DNA of 49,335 nucleotides, counting the filler, from Catajapyx aquilonaris (taxonomy: Eukaryota), in assembly GCA_000934665.2 (NCBI GenBank). It is 2 parts of 2 records of this genome, joined end to end, with 100 filler letters (N's around TTAATTAATTAA, not from the genome) between each part and the next. Parts side by side here need not be neighbours in the genome. Positions count along the whole stretch, not along the records: positions 24,850 to 49,335 come from JYFJ02005503.1; 1 more part is not named here. One strand, written 5' to 3'. The notes beneath the pieces were generated by a model. That model had not been told where the DNA came from. It worked only from the letters and a program-made list of their open reading frames with translations, and ran no database searches. Every line of letters begins with the position of its first letter. The first letter of the stretch is position 1. A program made the position numbers and the translations under genes. This document shows, one piece after another, positions 48,815 through 49,335 of the stretch.

Positions 48815-49335
48815 TTGCACACCTTTACATGAATAAGGGCCTTGCATTCGGTGATAAAACACTGATAATACATGAAACTCGCCCCAATTGGTCTTTGGAC
48901 ACTACTGAACATGTCTGGAAGTGAGGCCACTATGGATGACCCCACTGGGGGTCACTCGCAGGGCTGCCAGATCTAATGGGCTCTCCAAGCAAACTATATG
49001 TTAATTGGGAACTTGCATTCGGTGATAAAAACGTGAAAGTCGGCACGGTAGTTCTTTGAACATATCTGGACGTGGGGTCACGGTGGGTGACCCCTGGTGG
49101 CCTCGCCAGGGGTCACTATCGCGGAGTTGCCAAATCGAACATGTGTTGCACACTTTTACATGAAAAAGGGCCTTGCAGTCGGTGATAAAACACTGGTAAA
49201 ACATGAAACTCGCCCCAATTGGTCTTTGGACACTACTCAACATGTCTGGAAGTGAGGCCACTATGGATGACCCCGCTGGGGTCACTCGCAGGGTTGCCAG
49301 ATCTAATGGGCTCTCTAAGTAAACTATGTGAATAG
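48815..49335. repeat. ~330-bp-period tandem repeat running off the window end
   Basis: 48815-49000 matches 49146-49330 (ACATGAAACTCGCCCCAATTGGTCTTTGGACACTACT...GCCAGATCTAATGGGCTCT); a partial third copy lies near 49012-49032. Confidence 0.9.

Overview
Eukaryotic draft-assembly DNA from an invertebrate, probably an arthropod: short 45-100 nt spliceosomal introns, a divergent ionotropic receptor and a Ly6/three-finger gene. All gene models were spliced by hand and no database search was run. The left part (1-24749) is a tandemly duplicated C2H2 zinc-finger locus: a decayed remnant, one complete 3-exon gene with an 11-finger 84-bp array, and one copy lacking the array exon. It is riddled with MITEs, two tRNA-derived SINEs, a LINE 3' end and a nest of DNA elements. 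An artificial TTAATTAATTAA-linker gap (24750-24849) follows, so adjacency of the two halves is unproven. The right part holds the most interesting system: two tandem minus-strand genes (about 25060-28009 and 28995-32291), each encoding one ~750-aa protein that fuses an acyl-CoA-dehydrogenase-fold domain to a cytochrome-b5-reductase/FNR-type FAD-NAD(P)H domain. By manual alignment the ACAD-fold domain lacks both canonical catalytic glutamates, so these are candidate self-sufficient flavin-dependent oxygenases/reductases. Next come a divergently transcribed secreted GMC oxidoreductase, an ionotropic-receptor pseudogene, a Ly6 gene with a frame break, a broken LRR gene and further repeats.
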